Shown here in pieces: positions 1-10,737 of a stretch of 64,000 bases of DNA. This DNA comes from Escherichia coli (GTDB lineage: Bacteria > Pseudomonadota > Gammaproteobacteria > Enterobacterales > Enterobacteriaceae), in the NCBI RefSeq assembly GCF_002854065.1, contig NZ_CP024153.1; one strand, 5' to 3'. Both the position numbers and the translations under genes were made by a program. The notes below the pieces were generated by a model. That model made no database searches and was not told the DNA's origin. It saw only the letters and a list, made by a program, of their open reading frames with translations. Every line of letters starts with the position of its first letter. Position 1 is the first letter of the stretch.

Positions 1-1610
1 GTATGCTCTGAGGACCTGTTTTATTAAGGACTCATCCCCTTATGTTGACCCGCAAAAGTATCGATACAGTTCTGCTCTCTGTTGGTGCTGAGAAGCTCTC
101 ACAACGAGAATGGGACTGGATGAAAATGCTCAAACCCATGGACCCACCACCTGCGATGGTGACGACCTCCATCCTGAAGCGCCGTGGCGATACAGCAGCC
201 CTTACCCTGCTACAGGATACCGGGGTTTAATCCATCCTCATGTTGTCCGGTTTTACTCCCCGCCCTCTGAAACGTCTGTTCACAGCCAACCAGTGCTGGA
301 CGTCCTTCCTGGATGCGGGCGGTCTGCGCGATATCGAGGTTGAAGCCGTCACCAAAATGCTGGCCTGCGGCACACGGATACTGGGTGTAAAAGAGTTCGG
401 GTGTGATAACCCGGACTGTCAGCACGTAAAGTACCTGACCAACTCATGCGGCAGCCGTGCCTGCCCGTCCTGCGGAAAGAAGGCCACAGACCTGTGGACA
501 GCAACACAGCTGAATCGTCTTCCTGACTGCGACTGGGTACATCTGGTCTTCACCCTGCCGGACACGCTGTGGCCGGTGTTCGAAAGCAACCGCTGGCTGC
601 TGAATGACGTGTGCCGTCTGGCGGTGGAGAATCTGCTGTATGCCGCCCGAAAACGGGGGCTGGAACCCGGTATCTTCTGCGCCATCCACACGTATGGCCG
701 TCGTCTCAACTGGCATCCGCATGTACATGTGTCTGTAACCTGTGGAGGTCTGAATAAGCATGGTCAGTGGAAAAAGCTGAGCTTCCTGAAAGACGCGATG
801 CGTTCACGGTGGATGTGGAATATGCGGCAGCTGCTTCTGAAAGCGTGGTCAGAGGGGATGGCAATGCCGGAGTCGTTGTCACATATCACGACGGAATCAC
901 AGTGGAGAAGCCTGGTGCTGAAATCCGGCGGAAAATACTGGCATGTGTACATGTCGAAGAAGACAGCCGGAGGGCGGAATACGGCACGCTACCTGGGTCG
1001 TTATCTGAAGAAGCCACCAATAGCGGCTTCCCGACTGGCTCATTACAACGGAGGGGCAAGCCTGAGCTTCCGTTACCTGGACCACAAAACGGGAGAAACG
1101 GCGACGGAAACGCTGACACAGCGTGAGCTGGTCGCGAGGCTGAAACAGCACATCCCGGAGAAGTTTTTTAAGATGGTGAGGTACTTCGGGTTCCTTGCCA
1201 ACCGTGTGTGTGGAGAGAAGCTGCCGCAGGTGTACCGTGCACTGGGGATGGATAAACCGGAACCAGTGGCGAAAGTGTGCTATGCACAAATGGTGAAACA
1301 GTTCCTGAGTCGTGACCCGTTCGAATGCGTGCTGTGTGGCTGCCGGATGGTATACCGCCGGGCCATTGCGGGGCTGAATGTATCAGGGCTGAAGAAAAAC
1401 GCGCGGGATATCAGTCTACTGAGGTATATGCCGGCCTGACACAGGCTAAGTGTGCCCGGGAATCGGTGAAAGTATAAAAAACAGCCTGTTACGGTATAAA
1501 AATCGACCATACAGAGAGGGAAACCACCGGAGTGGTGGGAAAAGCAGAAAGGCTCACGTGGCATAAGGCGTGGACAATGGTATCGACTGGTTTTTCAATT
1601 TCCTATACGT
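1..1610 (+). mobile_element. IS91-family rolling-circle IS (IS1294-like), copy 1; left end cut by window start
   Basis: Window starts inside the element; same sequence recurs inverted at 55327-56933; tnp-distal end ...cctatacgt at ~1610 followed by GAAC. Confidence 0.8.
240..1439 (+). CDS. tnpA: IS91-family (HUH, rolling-circle) transposase
   Basis: 399-aa ORF with Zn-finger-like CxxC...CPSCG and HUH motif (HPHVHV); identical copy at 55494-56693 (-), truncated copy at 13632-14579. Confidence 0.85.
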   Translation: MLSGFTPRPLKRLFTANQCWTSFLDAGGLRDIEVEAVTKMLACGTRILGVKEFGCDNPDCQHVKYLTNSCGSRACPSCGKKATDLWTATQLNRLPDCDWVHLVFTLPDTLWPVFESNRWLLNDVCRLAVENLLYAARKRGLEPGIFCAIHTYGRRLNWHPHVHVSVTCGGLNKHGQWKKLSFLKDAMRSRWMWNMRQLLLKAWSEGMAMPESLSHITTESQWRSLVLKSGGKYWHVYMSKKTAGGRNTARYLGRYLKKPPIAASRLAHYNGGASLSFRYLDHKTGETATETLTQRELVARLKQHIPEKFFKMVRYFGFLANRVCGEKLPQVYRALGMDKPEPVAKVCYAQMVKQFLSRDPFECVLCGCRMVYRRAIAGLNVSGLKKNARDISLLRYMPA

Positions 1611-1878
1611 CGAGAACTGGCTGGACAGAGGGCTAACGCGGCATGAAATTGCTGAAATCCTCGACAGCGAATACAGCTTTTCGGTAACAGCCAAAGGGCT
1701 TGAGATGGCACTGTATAGAACGCGGAAAAACCGAAAAAATGTATTGTACAACACACAACCGTCTGAGCCTGAAGCGCAGGAAAGTGAAAAAGCAGAGAGT
1801 CCCGGCATTATTGATAAAGAATTCTTCAATAAAATCGGTGAGGATTTCAACCCTAAGAAGTTCAACAAAAAATTCTGA
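1570..1878 (+). CDS. Hypothetical protein, 5' end possibly displaced by the IS1294 end
   Basis: 102-aa ORF whose first ~13 codons lie inside the IS end; no recognisable motif. Confidence 0.3.
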   Translation: MDNGIDWFFNFLYVENWLDRGLTRHEIAEILDSEYSFSVTAKGLEMALYRTRKNRKNVLYNTQPSEPEAQESEKAESPGIIDKEFFNKIGEDFNPKKFNKKF

Positions 1879-1886
1879 GGTGATTT

Positions 1887-2073
1887 ATGAAAGTAGCGGT
1901 AATTAATTACAGTGGCAGTGTTGGTAAAACCTTAATTTCATCTTACCTGTTAGCCCCGCGCCTGACTGGTGCAAAGTTCTATGCGGTAGAGACTATAAAC
2001 CAGTCTGCTTCCGATCTGGGTATTGAAAATGTGACCAGTTTTAAAGGTGACGACTTCTCACGTTTGATTGAGG
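1887..2073 (+). pseudogene. ParA/StbB-like ATPase, N-terminal fragment truncated by IS1
   Basis: MKVAVINYSGSVGKT deviant Walker-A start; RBS gaggtg upstream; ORF runs straight into the IS1 terminal repeat at 2074. Confidence 0.55.
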
Positions 2074-2088
2074 GGTAATGACTCCAAC

Positions 2089-2478
2089 TTACTGATAGTG
2101 TTTTATGTTCAGATAATGTCCAATGACTTTGTCATGCAGTTCTCCCTTCAGGCGTGATTCATAAAGCGGCCAGTCATCCGTCATCCATACCACGACCTCA
2201 AAGGCCGACAGCAGGCCCGGAAGACGCTCCAGCATGGCCAACGTGCGTTCACCGAATACGTGCGCCACAACCGTCCTCCGTATCCTGTCATACGCGTAAA
2301 ACAACCAGCGCTGGCGTGATTTAGCGCCGACGTAACCCCACTGTTCGTCCATTTCCGCGCAAACAATGACGTCACTGCCCGGTTGTATACGTGAGTTTAC
2401 CGACTGCGGCCTGAGTTTTTTAAGTGTCGTAAAATCGTGTTGAGGCCAATGCCCATAATGCGTGCACTGGCGCGGCAT
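2089..2478 (-). pseudogene. insB: IS1 InsB frame lacking ~38 internal codons
   Basis: ...[24 protein letters not shown]; the segment between LKGK and ELHDKV of canonical InsB (as recalled) is absent. Confidence 0.6.
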
Positions 2479-2672
2479 CCGACGCCATTCATGGCCATAT
2501 CAATAATTTTCTGGTGTGTACCGGGCTGAGAGGTGGTGTAAGTGAACTGTAGCTGCCATGTTTTACGGCAGTGAGAGCAGAGATAGCGCTGATGTCCGGC
2601 AGTACTTTTACCGTTACGCACCACGCCTTCAGTAGCTGAGCAGGAGGGACAACTGATGGAGATGGAAGCCAC
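2397..2672 (-). CDS. insA: IS1 InsA
   Basis: 91-aa [23 protein letters not shown]... Zn-finger N-terminus typical of InsA. Confidence 0.9.
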   Translation of the reverse strand: MASISISCPSCSATEGVVRNGKSTAGHQRYLCSHCRKTWQLQFTYTTSQPGTHQKIIDMAMNGVGCRASARIMGIGLNTILRHLKNSGRSR

Positions 2673-2859
2673 GGGAGCACCTCAAAAACACCATCATACA
2701 CTAAATCAGCAAGTTGGTAGCATTACCCAGAACTGGACAGAATAGGCTGTATGTCTAACTTCTGGCCACAGATATAATCGAGCCAGCAGTGCTCGCCGCA
2801 GCCGAGCGACAGGGCGAAGCCCCGAGTGAGCGAGGAAGCACCATGGAACAGTACTCATA

Positions 2860-3140
2860 AATTCTGCATACGCTCAATGCCTGCAAAATCACCTCCCCTA
2901 GGGGTTATCCACTTATCCACGGGGATATTTTTATAAGATCTTTTTAAATAGTTGTTAGATCTTTATTTTTAGAATGCCCACAGGCCTTTATCCATGCGGG
3001 TTCCAGAGAGGGATCTGTGACAAAACGCCCTTTCAGTGTGACAAATCACCCTCAAATAGCCGCCCTTTCTGTGACAAGTTGCCCTTAACCCTGTGACAAA
3101 TTGCCCTCAGGAAGCGTTGCTTTTCACAAAGTTATCCATC
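2860..3140. promoter_or_regulatory. ori2-like origin of RepFIA: DnaA boxes, AT-rich stretch, 19-bp iterons
   Basis: ttatccacttatccac DnaA boxes, AT-rich run, then tgtgacaaatcaccctc / tgtgacaagttgccc / tgtgacaaattgccctc direct repeats upstream of repE. Confidence 0.8.
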
Positions 3141-3148
3141 CCTGTTGA

Positions 3149-3961
<813 letters not shown>

Positions 3962-4160
3962 TTGAGGGCTATCTGTCACAGATTTAAGGGTGGTTCGTCA
4001 CATTTGATCTGGAAAGTTGAGGGTGATTTGTCACAGTTTTGCTGTTCCCTCCCTGGCATCCTGCGCTTACTCATAGTTTTTTTGGCTGTAACCGGTAGTG
4101 GAGCCAGAATTGAGGGCAATTTGTCACCCTATCCTGAGGGTAGTTTGTCACACTAGATTT
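3962..4160. repeat. incC-like iteron array downstream of repE
   Basis: Repeated gagggt/caatttgtcac motifs (reverse-oriented ori2-type iterons), cut by IS1 at 4175. Confidence 0.7.
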
Positions 4161-4174
4161 TCTCCCTCTTCCCG

Positions 4175-4600
4175 GGTAATGGTGCCAACTTACTGATTTA
4201 GTGTATGATGGTGTTTTTGAGGTGCTCCCGTGGCTTCCATCTCCATCAGTTGTCCCTCCTGCTCAGCTACTGAAGGCGTGGTGCGTAACGGTAAAAGTAC
4301 TGCCGGACATCAGCGCTATCTCTGCTCTCACTGCCGTAAAACATGGCAGCTACAGTTCACTTACACCGCCTCTCAGGCCGCAGTCGGTAAACTCACGCAT
4401 ACAACCGGGCAGTGACGTCATTGTTTGCGCGGAAATGGACGAACAGTGGGGTTACGTCGGCGCTAAATCACGCCAGCGCTGGTTGTTTTACGCGTATGAC
4501 AGGATACGGAGGACGGTTGTGGCACACGTCTTCGGTGAACGTACTATGGCCACGCTGGAGCATCTTCTGAGCCTGCCGTCGGACTTTCAGGGCGCGTGGT
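4175..4600 (+). mobile_element. IS1 remnant (left IR, truncated insA, part of insB; 3' end degenerate)
   Basis: IR ggtaatggtgccaacttactgat at 4175; InsA frame diverges after FTYT; InsB frame diverges after ...GERTMATL. Confidence 0.7.
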
Positions 4601-5323
4601 TCCTTTTAAACACCAGCTCTGTATCTCTTTTAAAGATCCTTTAATAAATTCTGTAAACCCATAATCTGTTCATCGCCTGCATTGTGGACCGGCTCGGGAG
4701 AATGCCCGCCCTTGCAGCTACCAGACGGTCGCACCGGTTCGGCAACACCAGAGAGAGCTCCCATCGCTTCGCGACGGGCCCCGACCGGAGAATTAAATTA
4801 GTTACAGCATTCATAATGATATTCATCATAAAACCGGCGCCGGTTTGCCGGCCCGGTGCCCCTCCCCACCACTGAAAAGCGCCGCCGCCCCCGCCCAAAG
4901 GGCGGGAACAACATCGCTTTTAATTATGAATGTTGTAACTACATCTTCATCGCTGTCAGTCTTCTCGCTGGAAGTATTGAGTACACGCTCGTAAGCGGCC
5001 CTGATGGCCCGCTAACGCGGAGATACGCCCCGACTTCGGGTAAACCCTCGTCGGGACCACTCCGACCGCGCACAAAAGCTCTGTCATGGCTGAAAGCAGG
5101 TATGGTCTGGCAGGGCAAGGGATGGGTAAGGTGAAATCTGTCAATCCGTACCGGCTTACGCCGGGCTTCGGCGGTTTTACTCCTGTATCATATGAAACAA
5201 CAGAGTGCCGCCTTCCATGCCGCTGATGCGGCATATCCTGGTAACGATATCTGAATTGTTATACATGTGTATATACGTGGTAATGACAAAAATAGGACAA
5301 GTTAAAAATTTACAGGCGATGCA

Positions 5324-5977
5324 ATGATTCAAACACGTAATCAATATCTGCAGTTTATGCTGGTTATACTGGCTGCATGGGGCATTAGTTGGGGAGCCAG
5401 ATTTGTCATGGAGCAGGCCGTTCTGCTTTATGGATCAGGAAAAAACTATTTGTTCTTCAGTCATGGTACTGTTCTGATGTACCTGCTGTGTGTTTTCCTA
5501 GTATACCGCCGTTGGATAGCTCCGCTACCGGTCGTTGGTCAGCTGCGCAACGTTGGCGTACCGTGGCTAGTCGGTGCGATGGCCGTGGTGTATGTCGGTG
5601 TATTTCTGCTCGGTAAGGCGCTGGCTCTGCCTGCTGAGCCATTTATGACGAAACTTTTTGCCGATAAGTCCATACCTGACGTGATCCTGACGTTGCTGAC
5701 CATCTTTATCCTTGCCCCGTTGAATGAGGAAACGCTGTTCCGGGGGATTATGCTGAACGTCTTCCGTTCACGGTACTGCTGGACGATGTGGCTGGGGGCG
5801 CTGATAACGTCGTTGTTGTTCGTCGCCGCGCACAGCCAGTATCAGAACCTGCTGACACTGGCAGAACTGTTCCTAGTGGGGTTGATTACATCAGTGGCCA
5901 GGATCAGAAGTGGTGGCCTGCTGCTGCCGGTATTGCTGCATATGGAAGCAACCACGCTGGGTTTACTGTTTGGTTGA
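5324..5977 (+). CDS. CPBP-family (CAAX/Abi-type) intramembrane metalloprotease
   Basis: 217-aa polytopic membrane protein with EExxFRG and HxxxN/HME motifs typical of CPBP proteases. Confidence 0.7.
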   Translation: MIQTRNQYLQFMLVILAAWGISWGARFVMEQAVLLYGSGKNYLFFSHGTVLMYLLCVFLVYRRWIAPLPVVGQLRNVGVPWLVGAMAVVYVGVFLLGKALALPAEPFMTKLFADKSIPDVILTLLTIFILAPLNEETLFRGIMLNVFRSRYCWTMWLGALITSLLFVAAHSQYQNLLTLAELFLVGLITSVARIRSGGLLLPVLLHMEATTLGLLFG

Positions 5978-6069
5978 AAGTTATATTTTTATTAAACATT
6001 GTGCGTTAAAGCCTGGTGTGTTTTTTTAGTGGATGTTATATTTAAATATAACTTTTATGGAGGTGAAGA

Positions 6070-6327
6070 ATGCATACCACCCGACTGAAGAGGGTTGGCG
6101 GCTCAGTTATGCTGACCGTCCCACCGGCACTGCTGAATGCGCTGTCTCTGGGTACAGATAATGAAGTTGGCATGGTCATTGATAATGGCCGGCTGATTGT
6201 TGAGCCGTACAGACGCCCGCAATATTCACTGGCTGAGCTACTGGCACAGTGTGATCCGAATGCTGAAATATCAGCTGAAGAACGAGAATGGCTGGATGCA
6301 CCGGCGACTGGTCAGGAGGAAATCTGA
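6070..6327 (+). CDS. pemI: PemI antitoxin (MazE/AbrB fold)
   Basis: 85 aa, MHTTRLKRVGGSVMLTVPPALL...; stop overlaps pemK start. Confidence 0.9.
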   Translation: MHTTRLKRVGGSVMLTVPPALLNALSLGTDNEVGMVIDNGRLIVEPYRRPQYSLAELLAQCDPNAEISAEEREWLDAPATGQEEI

Positions 6328-6328
6328 C

Positions 6329-6661
6329 ATGGAAAGAGGGGAAATCTGGCTTGTCTCGCTTGATCCTACCGCAGGTCATGAGCAGCAGGGAACGCGGCCG
6401 GTGCTGATTGTCACACCGGCGGCCTTTAATCGCGTGACCCGCCTGCCTGTTGTTGTGCCCGTAACCAGCGGAGGCAATTTTGCCCGTACTGCCGGCTTTG
6501 CGGTGTCGTTGGATGGTGTTGGCATACGTACCACAGGTGTTGTACGTTGCGATCAACCCCGGACAATTGATATGAAAGCACGGGGCGGAAAACGACTCGA
6601 ACGGGTTCCGGAGACTATCATGAACGAAGTTCTTGGCCGCCTGTCCACTATTCTGACTTGA
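6329..6661 (+). CDS. pemK: PemK endoribonuclease toxin (MazF family)
   Basis: MERGEIWLVSLDPTAGHEQQGTRPVLIV... 110 aa; the listed ORF start at 6197 is an upstream in-frame extension. Confidence 0.9.
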   Translation: MERGEIWLVSLDPTAGHEQQGTRPVLIVTPAAFNRVTRLPVVVPVTSGGNFARTAGFAVSLDGVGIRTTGVVRCDQPRTIDMKARGGKRLERVPETIMNEVLGRLSTILT

Positions 6662-6945
6662 ACATGGGGTTTGAGGGGCAACCGGATGAAAACGTACGAT
6701 TTAGGGCACTAAAACCGCTGTTGTCCCACCATTCTGGTGATTCCCAAACGTTATTTGGCTAAAAAGTAGTTTTGATGTGGTTTATTTTCCGAATTCCAAG
6801 CGCAGCCCTACTTTCTTGTGCGTATTTGCGTGTTTTGCGCAGTTTTGAAGTTCCTACATCAGATTGACTTCGGATACAAATTCAATGAACATTGATGCAA
6901 ATACTGACCTATCAGTTTCTTAACTAAATACTCGAGATACATCTA

Positions 6946-8718
6946 ATGGCTAATGAAAACTTAGATATTGACTCCAAGACAGCAGAAGAATTATACGAGT
7001 GGTATCTGGATGATAAATTAATTATAAATCGAAGATACCAAAGAAAATTAGTATGGTCCCTCGAAGAGAAAACAGCACTGATTTCATCAATGACTCAGCA
7101 ATACCCTATCCCTTTGCTATTGTTTGTTTCCATTGACAACAAAAGAGAAATCCTTGATGGAATGCAAAGACTAGAAGCTTTAATGAGTTTTATTGAGCAG
7201 CGATTTTCATTAAATGGTAAATACTTTAATTTAGATGCCATTGCATTAACAAAACAACTAAAAGACAGTGGTAAACTTCAACAAAAAGAGCCAGTGCTAT
7301 CCCGCGAAAGTTCTACATTAATTGCTCGCTATAGATTTGCTATATCTGAATACTCTTCAACAGAGGACCACATTGACGAAGTGTTTCGACGCATAAATTC
7401 CAATGGTAAAATTTTATCAAAACAAGAACTACGAAGTGCGGGGTGCGTTAGTAATTTTTCAGAGTTAGTAAGGAAAATATCGACAATTATAAGAGGAGAT
7501 ACTACACATAGCGATATAATGGGACTGAATAAAATACATAACATATCAATTTGCAATGATGGACTCGATTATGGAATAAATATAGACAATCATTTCTATA
7601 TTAGAAATCATATCATTAGTAGGCCTAGCATTAGAGACTCTGACGATGAAGAGTTAGTTGCAAATATCTTGGGCTATATATTTTTAGATGATAAGCCAAC
7701 ATCAGGATCAACATCGCTCGATACATTTTACGGTGAAGGTTCGACGAGTCATGCAATCCATACACGAACTCAATTAGAGAATTACATTCAGACAAATGGT
7801 GCAGATAAAATTGTCAATAATTACCTCTTCGTTTATGAGATGATTCAAAAATTATTTGATGCAAATAATTTGAACTTTAGATCACACATTCTGGGCAATG
7901 CATCTTCATCTCAAGAATGTCCTCGTTACTATCAAGCTGTTTTTCTTGCTTTGTATGAATTAATCATAAATGAAAACATGCAACTTGACGATGAACAGAA
8001 ATTTATCGCTCAGTTAGGAGACAGTGTACAACGTTCAATGGTGCAAACCGAAGGGGGCCGTTGGGCAGCTAGCGCTCGTCAGAAAAGTGTCGAAGATTTA
8101 TGTGCTTTAATCAGACGATATTTTAAAGAATCAGAAAATAAATTTATCAATCATGCTTGGCAAACACTGATAAGAACTCTACTTAATAACTCAAGAACAG
8201 AACAACCAAATTATGATTTTAAACAGGGATTATTTATTCTCTCAGGCGAGAATAAAATAGACGAAGAATGTTTCATTAATATAGTCCAAACGGCTGTCGC
8301 CATAAATAACATCGGTAGAGAATCTAATGGTTATATTTTAGTTGGTGTTTCCGATACCAAAGCTACGGCAGACAGAGTTAAGGCTTTATATGGTGTTACC
8401 CCTATTGAGTGCAATGGCTATTATATCAATGGAATTGATCATGAAGCTGTAATTCAATCAAAAAACATAGATAATTACTTTCTGTTCATAAAACAAAAAA
8501 TAGAATCATTTAATTTTAATGAGGCTTTGAAACAACAAATACTAAAAGATATTTCATTATGTTCATATGAAGGACTGCATGTTTTAAAAATCGAAATAAA
8601 AAGTGTCGGAGAAGTCTGTCATTTTGAAAATAGGTATTATATAAGACAAGGAACAGCTACACATTTAATCACTGACGGTGAAGCAATTAGTAGTTTACAC
8701 AGATTATATTACTCATAA
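6946..8718 (+). CDS. DUF262 (ParB-like nuclease superfamily) domain protein, 590 aa; candidate defence gene
   Basis: N-terminal RRYQRKLVWSLEEK ... ILDGMQRLEAL (DGQQR-type motif); about 30% GC versus about 50% flanks; C-terminal half uncharacterised. Confidence 0.75.
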   Translation: MANENLDIDSKTAEELYEWYLDDKLIINRRYQRKLVWSLEEKTALISSMTQQYPIPLLLFVSIDNKREILDGMQRLEALMSFIEQRFSLNGKYFNLDAIALTKQLKDSGKLQQKEPVLSRESSTLIARYRFAISEYSSTEDHIDEVFRRINSNGKILSKQELRSAGCVSNFSELVRKISTIIRGDTTHSDIMGLNKIHNISICNDGLDYGINIDNHFYIRNHIISRPSIRDSDDEELVANILGYIFLDDKPTSGSTSLDTFYGEGSTSHAIHTRTQLENYIQTNGADKIVNNYLFVYEMIQKLFDANNLNFRSHILGNASSSQECPRYYQAVFLALYELIINENMQLDDEQKFIAQLGDSVQRSMVQTEGGRWAASARQKSVEDLCALIRRYFKESENKFINHAWQTLIRTLLNNSRTEQPNYDFKQGLFILSGENKIDEECFINIVQTAVAINNIGRESNGYILVGVSDTKATADRVKALYGVTPIECNGYYINGIDHEAVIQSKNIDNYFLFIKQKIESFNFNEALKQQILKDISLCSYEGLHVLKIEIKSVGEVCHFENRYYIRQGTATHLITDGEAISSLHRLYYS

Positions 8719-8727
8719 TTACTTAAG

Positions 8728-8768
8728 CACTATGAAGGTATCATACACCTTCATAGTGTACTTTTTTA
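8728..8768 (+). terminator. Rho-independent terminator downstream of the DUF262 gene
   Basis: Perfect 12-bp stem cactatgaaggt...accttcatagtg with 7-nt loop, followed by a T-run. Confidence 0.8.
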
Positions 8769-8921
8769 CTGCGCTTTGGGGCTAAATTGTTTTTGTGAAT
8801 AGCCAGAATATCGTGGCTACGGCGGCAATGGAAATATATGGTCTCTGCTGCCAGAGACTGGAGATGTAATTGGGGTCAGTTTGGATATCGAAAATTATTG
8901 TACTATAAGGGGTCCGCTTGA

Positions 8922-8959
8922 GGGGGCCGCTTGGAAAACGGAAATTTTCCCACGCTAAG
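8922..8959 (+). repeat. Orphan 38-bp Tn3-family terminal inverted repeat
   Basis: gggggccgcttggaaaacggaaattttcccacgctaag; preceded by a 13-bp partial copy of its own start (8909-8921). Confidence 0.65.
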
Positions 8960-9399
8960 AGAATTGAGTTGAACGAGTGGTTACATCTAGGCCAGCTAAC
9001 TCACTGAACGTAAAGGCTGTACGAAATGTTCCGACCGTCCGATAACCATTTGGCTTACTTCCGTACATTTCCTTGCGTAGATGTACAGAATTGTACGATT
9101 TCGGACACCAAAACTGCTGTTGTCACGGTGCATGAAGCCACTTTCCGGGTTGGTGGTACTGACTTTGGTGTTCTTAACGACGACGTTTTCAACTCTGAAA
9201 ATCGCCTCTCTGCACGGGGGTTTTTACCCCCCCATAGAGCCGTCATATAAATTCAAATTATTAACTTTGATGGTAGAATTATCTTAGGTTTGATAAAATT
9301 TTGAGCCGTCGCCGTTTACTTCACAGGATTCAATATAATGGCTAAATATACAGTTTGTGATTACCAATCAACTATTAGGGGGCACCTCAGAAAACGGAA

Positions 9400-10726
9400 T
9401 CTATGGTCACTCCCGTTTTTGCAACACCGATTTTGACGATAAATTGGCTTGCTTGAATCTATCCGGCGTCTGAATGGGATTTTATTCCCGCGCCTCGATG
9501 AGTTCCGCGCCTGATGAACCTCCAGAAAATATACGGCTTCAATGAGCCTTTCCGTTTTACAGGTTCCTCAACAGGCCGGTGGGCCGTTAGTATCATCAAT
9601 ATCAGTATTCGCAAAACCAGATCAGTGATTCTTTAAACCGGTGTATTTCTGCCGTTATGCTACATAAGTTTGCTGTCGTGCCGTTAGGGCCCAGGCTATT
9701 CTGGCCAGCTTGTTTGCCAGAGCACAAGTGACGACAAAGTTGCTTTTCCTACACAGTAGATCCCTGACCCAATCGGCCAATTTGCCAGACTGGTGTTCCA
9801 GTTTTTGTATGAATACCCTGGCACATTGAACCAACAAAGTTCGGATCTTTTTGTTACCTCGCTTACTAATTCCCAGCAATGTCGTCCGACCTCCCGTGCT
9901 GTACTGTCGAGGCACTAGCCCTGTTGCCGCCGCAAAGTCACGACTGCTGGCGTACTGCTTCCCGTCGCCAATCTCAGTTGAAATAGTACTCGCTGTCAGT
10001 GTTCCGACGCAGGGAATGCTCAGCAAGCGCTGTCCAATCTCATCTTCGTCCAACTTTCGTTTCAACTGGGATTCCAAATCTTTAATCTGCTCAACAAGAT
10101 AGTGATAATGCTGTTGTAATTTCAGCAATAACTGGCTGAGGTATAGAGGCAAACTATTGTCCTCAAGAAGGGTACTCAGTCGGCTAATAACGGCAGCTCC
10201 TCGTGGAACGCTGATGCCAAATTCCAGCAGAAAAGCATGCATCTGATTGGTTGTTTTTACCTTATCCTGAACCAGGGATTCACGGACACGATGCAGCGCA
10301 CGCATTGCCTGCTGAGATTCAGTTCTGGGCTGTACAAAACGCATAGACGGACGCGATGCAGCTTCACAAATAGCTTCGGCGTCGACAAAGTCGTTTTTGT
10401 TACTTTTAACGAATGGACGGACAAATTGTGGTGATATCAGCTTAGGAAAATGCCCCAACTCTTCCAACTTGCGTGCCATAAAGTGAGAGCCACCACAGGC
10501 TTCCATTGCGATGGTTGTAGCGGGGCATGTCGCCAAAAATTCGATTAACTTTGGCCGTGTAAATTTTTTACGGTAAACAGCCTTGCCGCGACGATCTTGG
10601 CAATGAATATGGAAAGAGTTTTTACCCAGATCGATACCAATGAGCGCAATGTTTTCCATGATAGTTCTCCGAATGAAAGCCTATCCTCAGCATAGTACCG
10701 GGAAGGAGGGAGTGACCATCTCATTA
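9400..10726 (-). mobile_element. IS5075/IS4321-like (IS110 family) inserted in Tn21 IRmer
   Basis: 1327-bp element at the IR position these ISs target; second copy at 50461-51787. Confidence 0.85.
9655..10659 (-). CDS. IS110-family transposase (IS5075-type)
   Basis: 334-aa MENIALIGIDLGKNSFHIHCQD... DEDD-type N-terminus. Confidence 0.85.
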   Translation of the reverse strand: MENIALIGIDLGKNSFHIHCQDRRGKAVYRKKFTRPKLIEFLATCPATTIAMEACGGSHFMARKLEELGHFPKLISPQFVRPFVKSNKNDFVDAEAICEAASRPSMRFVQPRTESQQAMRALHRVRESLVQDKVKTTNQMHAFLLEFGISVPRGAAVISRLSTLLEDNSLPLYLSQLLLKLQQHYHYLVEQIKDLESQLKRKLDEDEIGQRLLSIPCVGTLTASTISTEIGDGKQYASSRDFAAATGLVPRQYSTGGRTTLLGISKRGNKKIRTLLVQCARVFIQKLEHQSGKLADWVRDLLCRKSNFVVTCALANKLARIAWALTARQQTYVA

Positions 10727-10737
10727 AATAAAGCACG

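Larger units (their letters stand above)
2074..2727 (-). mobile_element. IS1-family element, ~654 bp (about 114 bp shorter than canonical 768-bp IS1)
   Basis: Terminal repeats ggtaatg(a/c)t(c/a)ccaacttactgat at both ends; insA and insB frames present. Confidence 0.85.

Noticed and set aside
42-343. Small ORFs upstream of the IS1294 transposase
   Set aside because: They lie in the IS end region and recur identically with each IS copy; no evidence they are genes rather than part of the terminus.
4650-5320. GC-rich palindromes (for example aaaccggcgccggttt) and hairpins between the IS1 remnant and the CPBP gene; possible small RNA
   Set aside because: No promoter/terminator pair or conserved structure that I can support by eye; left unannotated.
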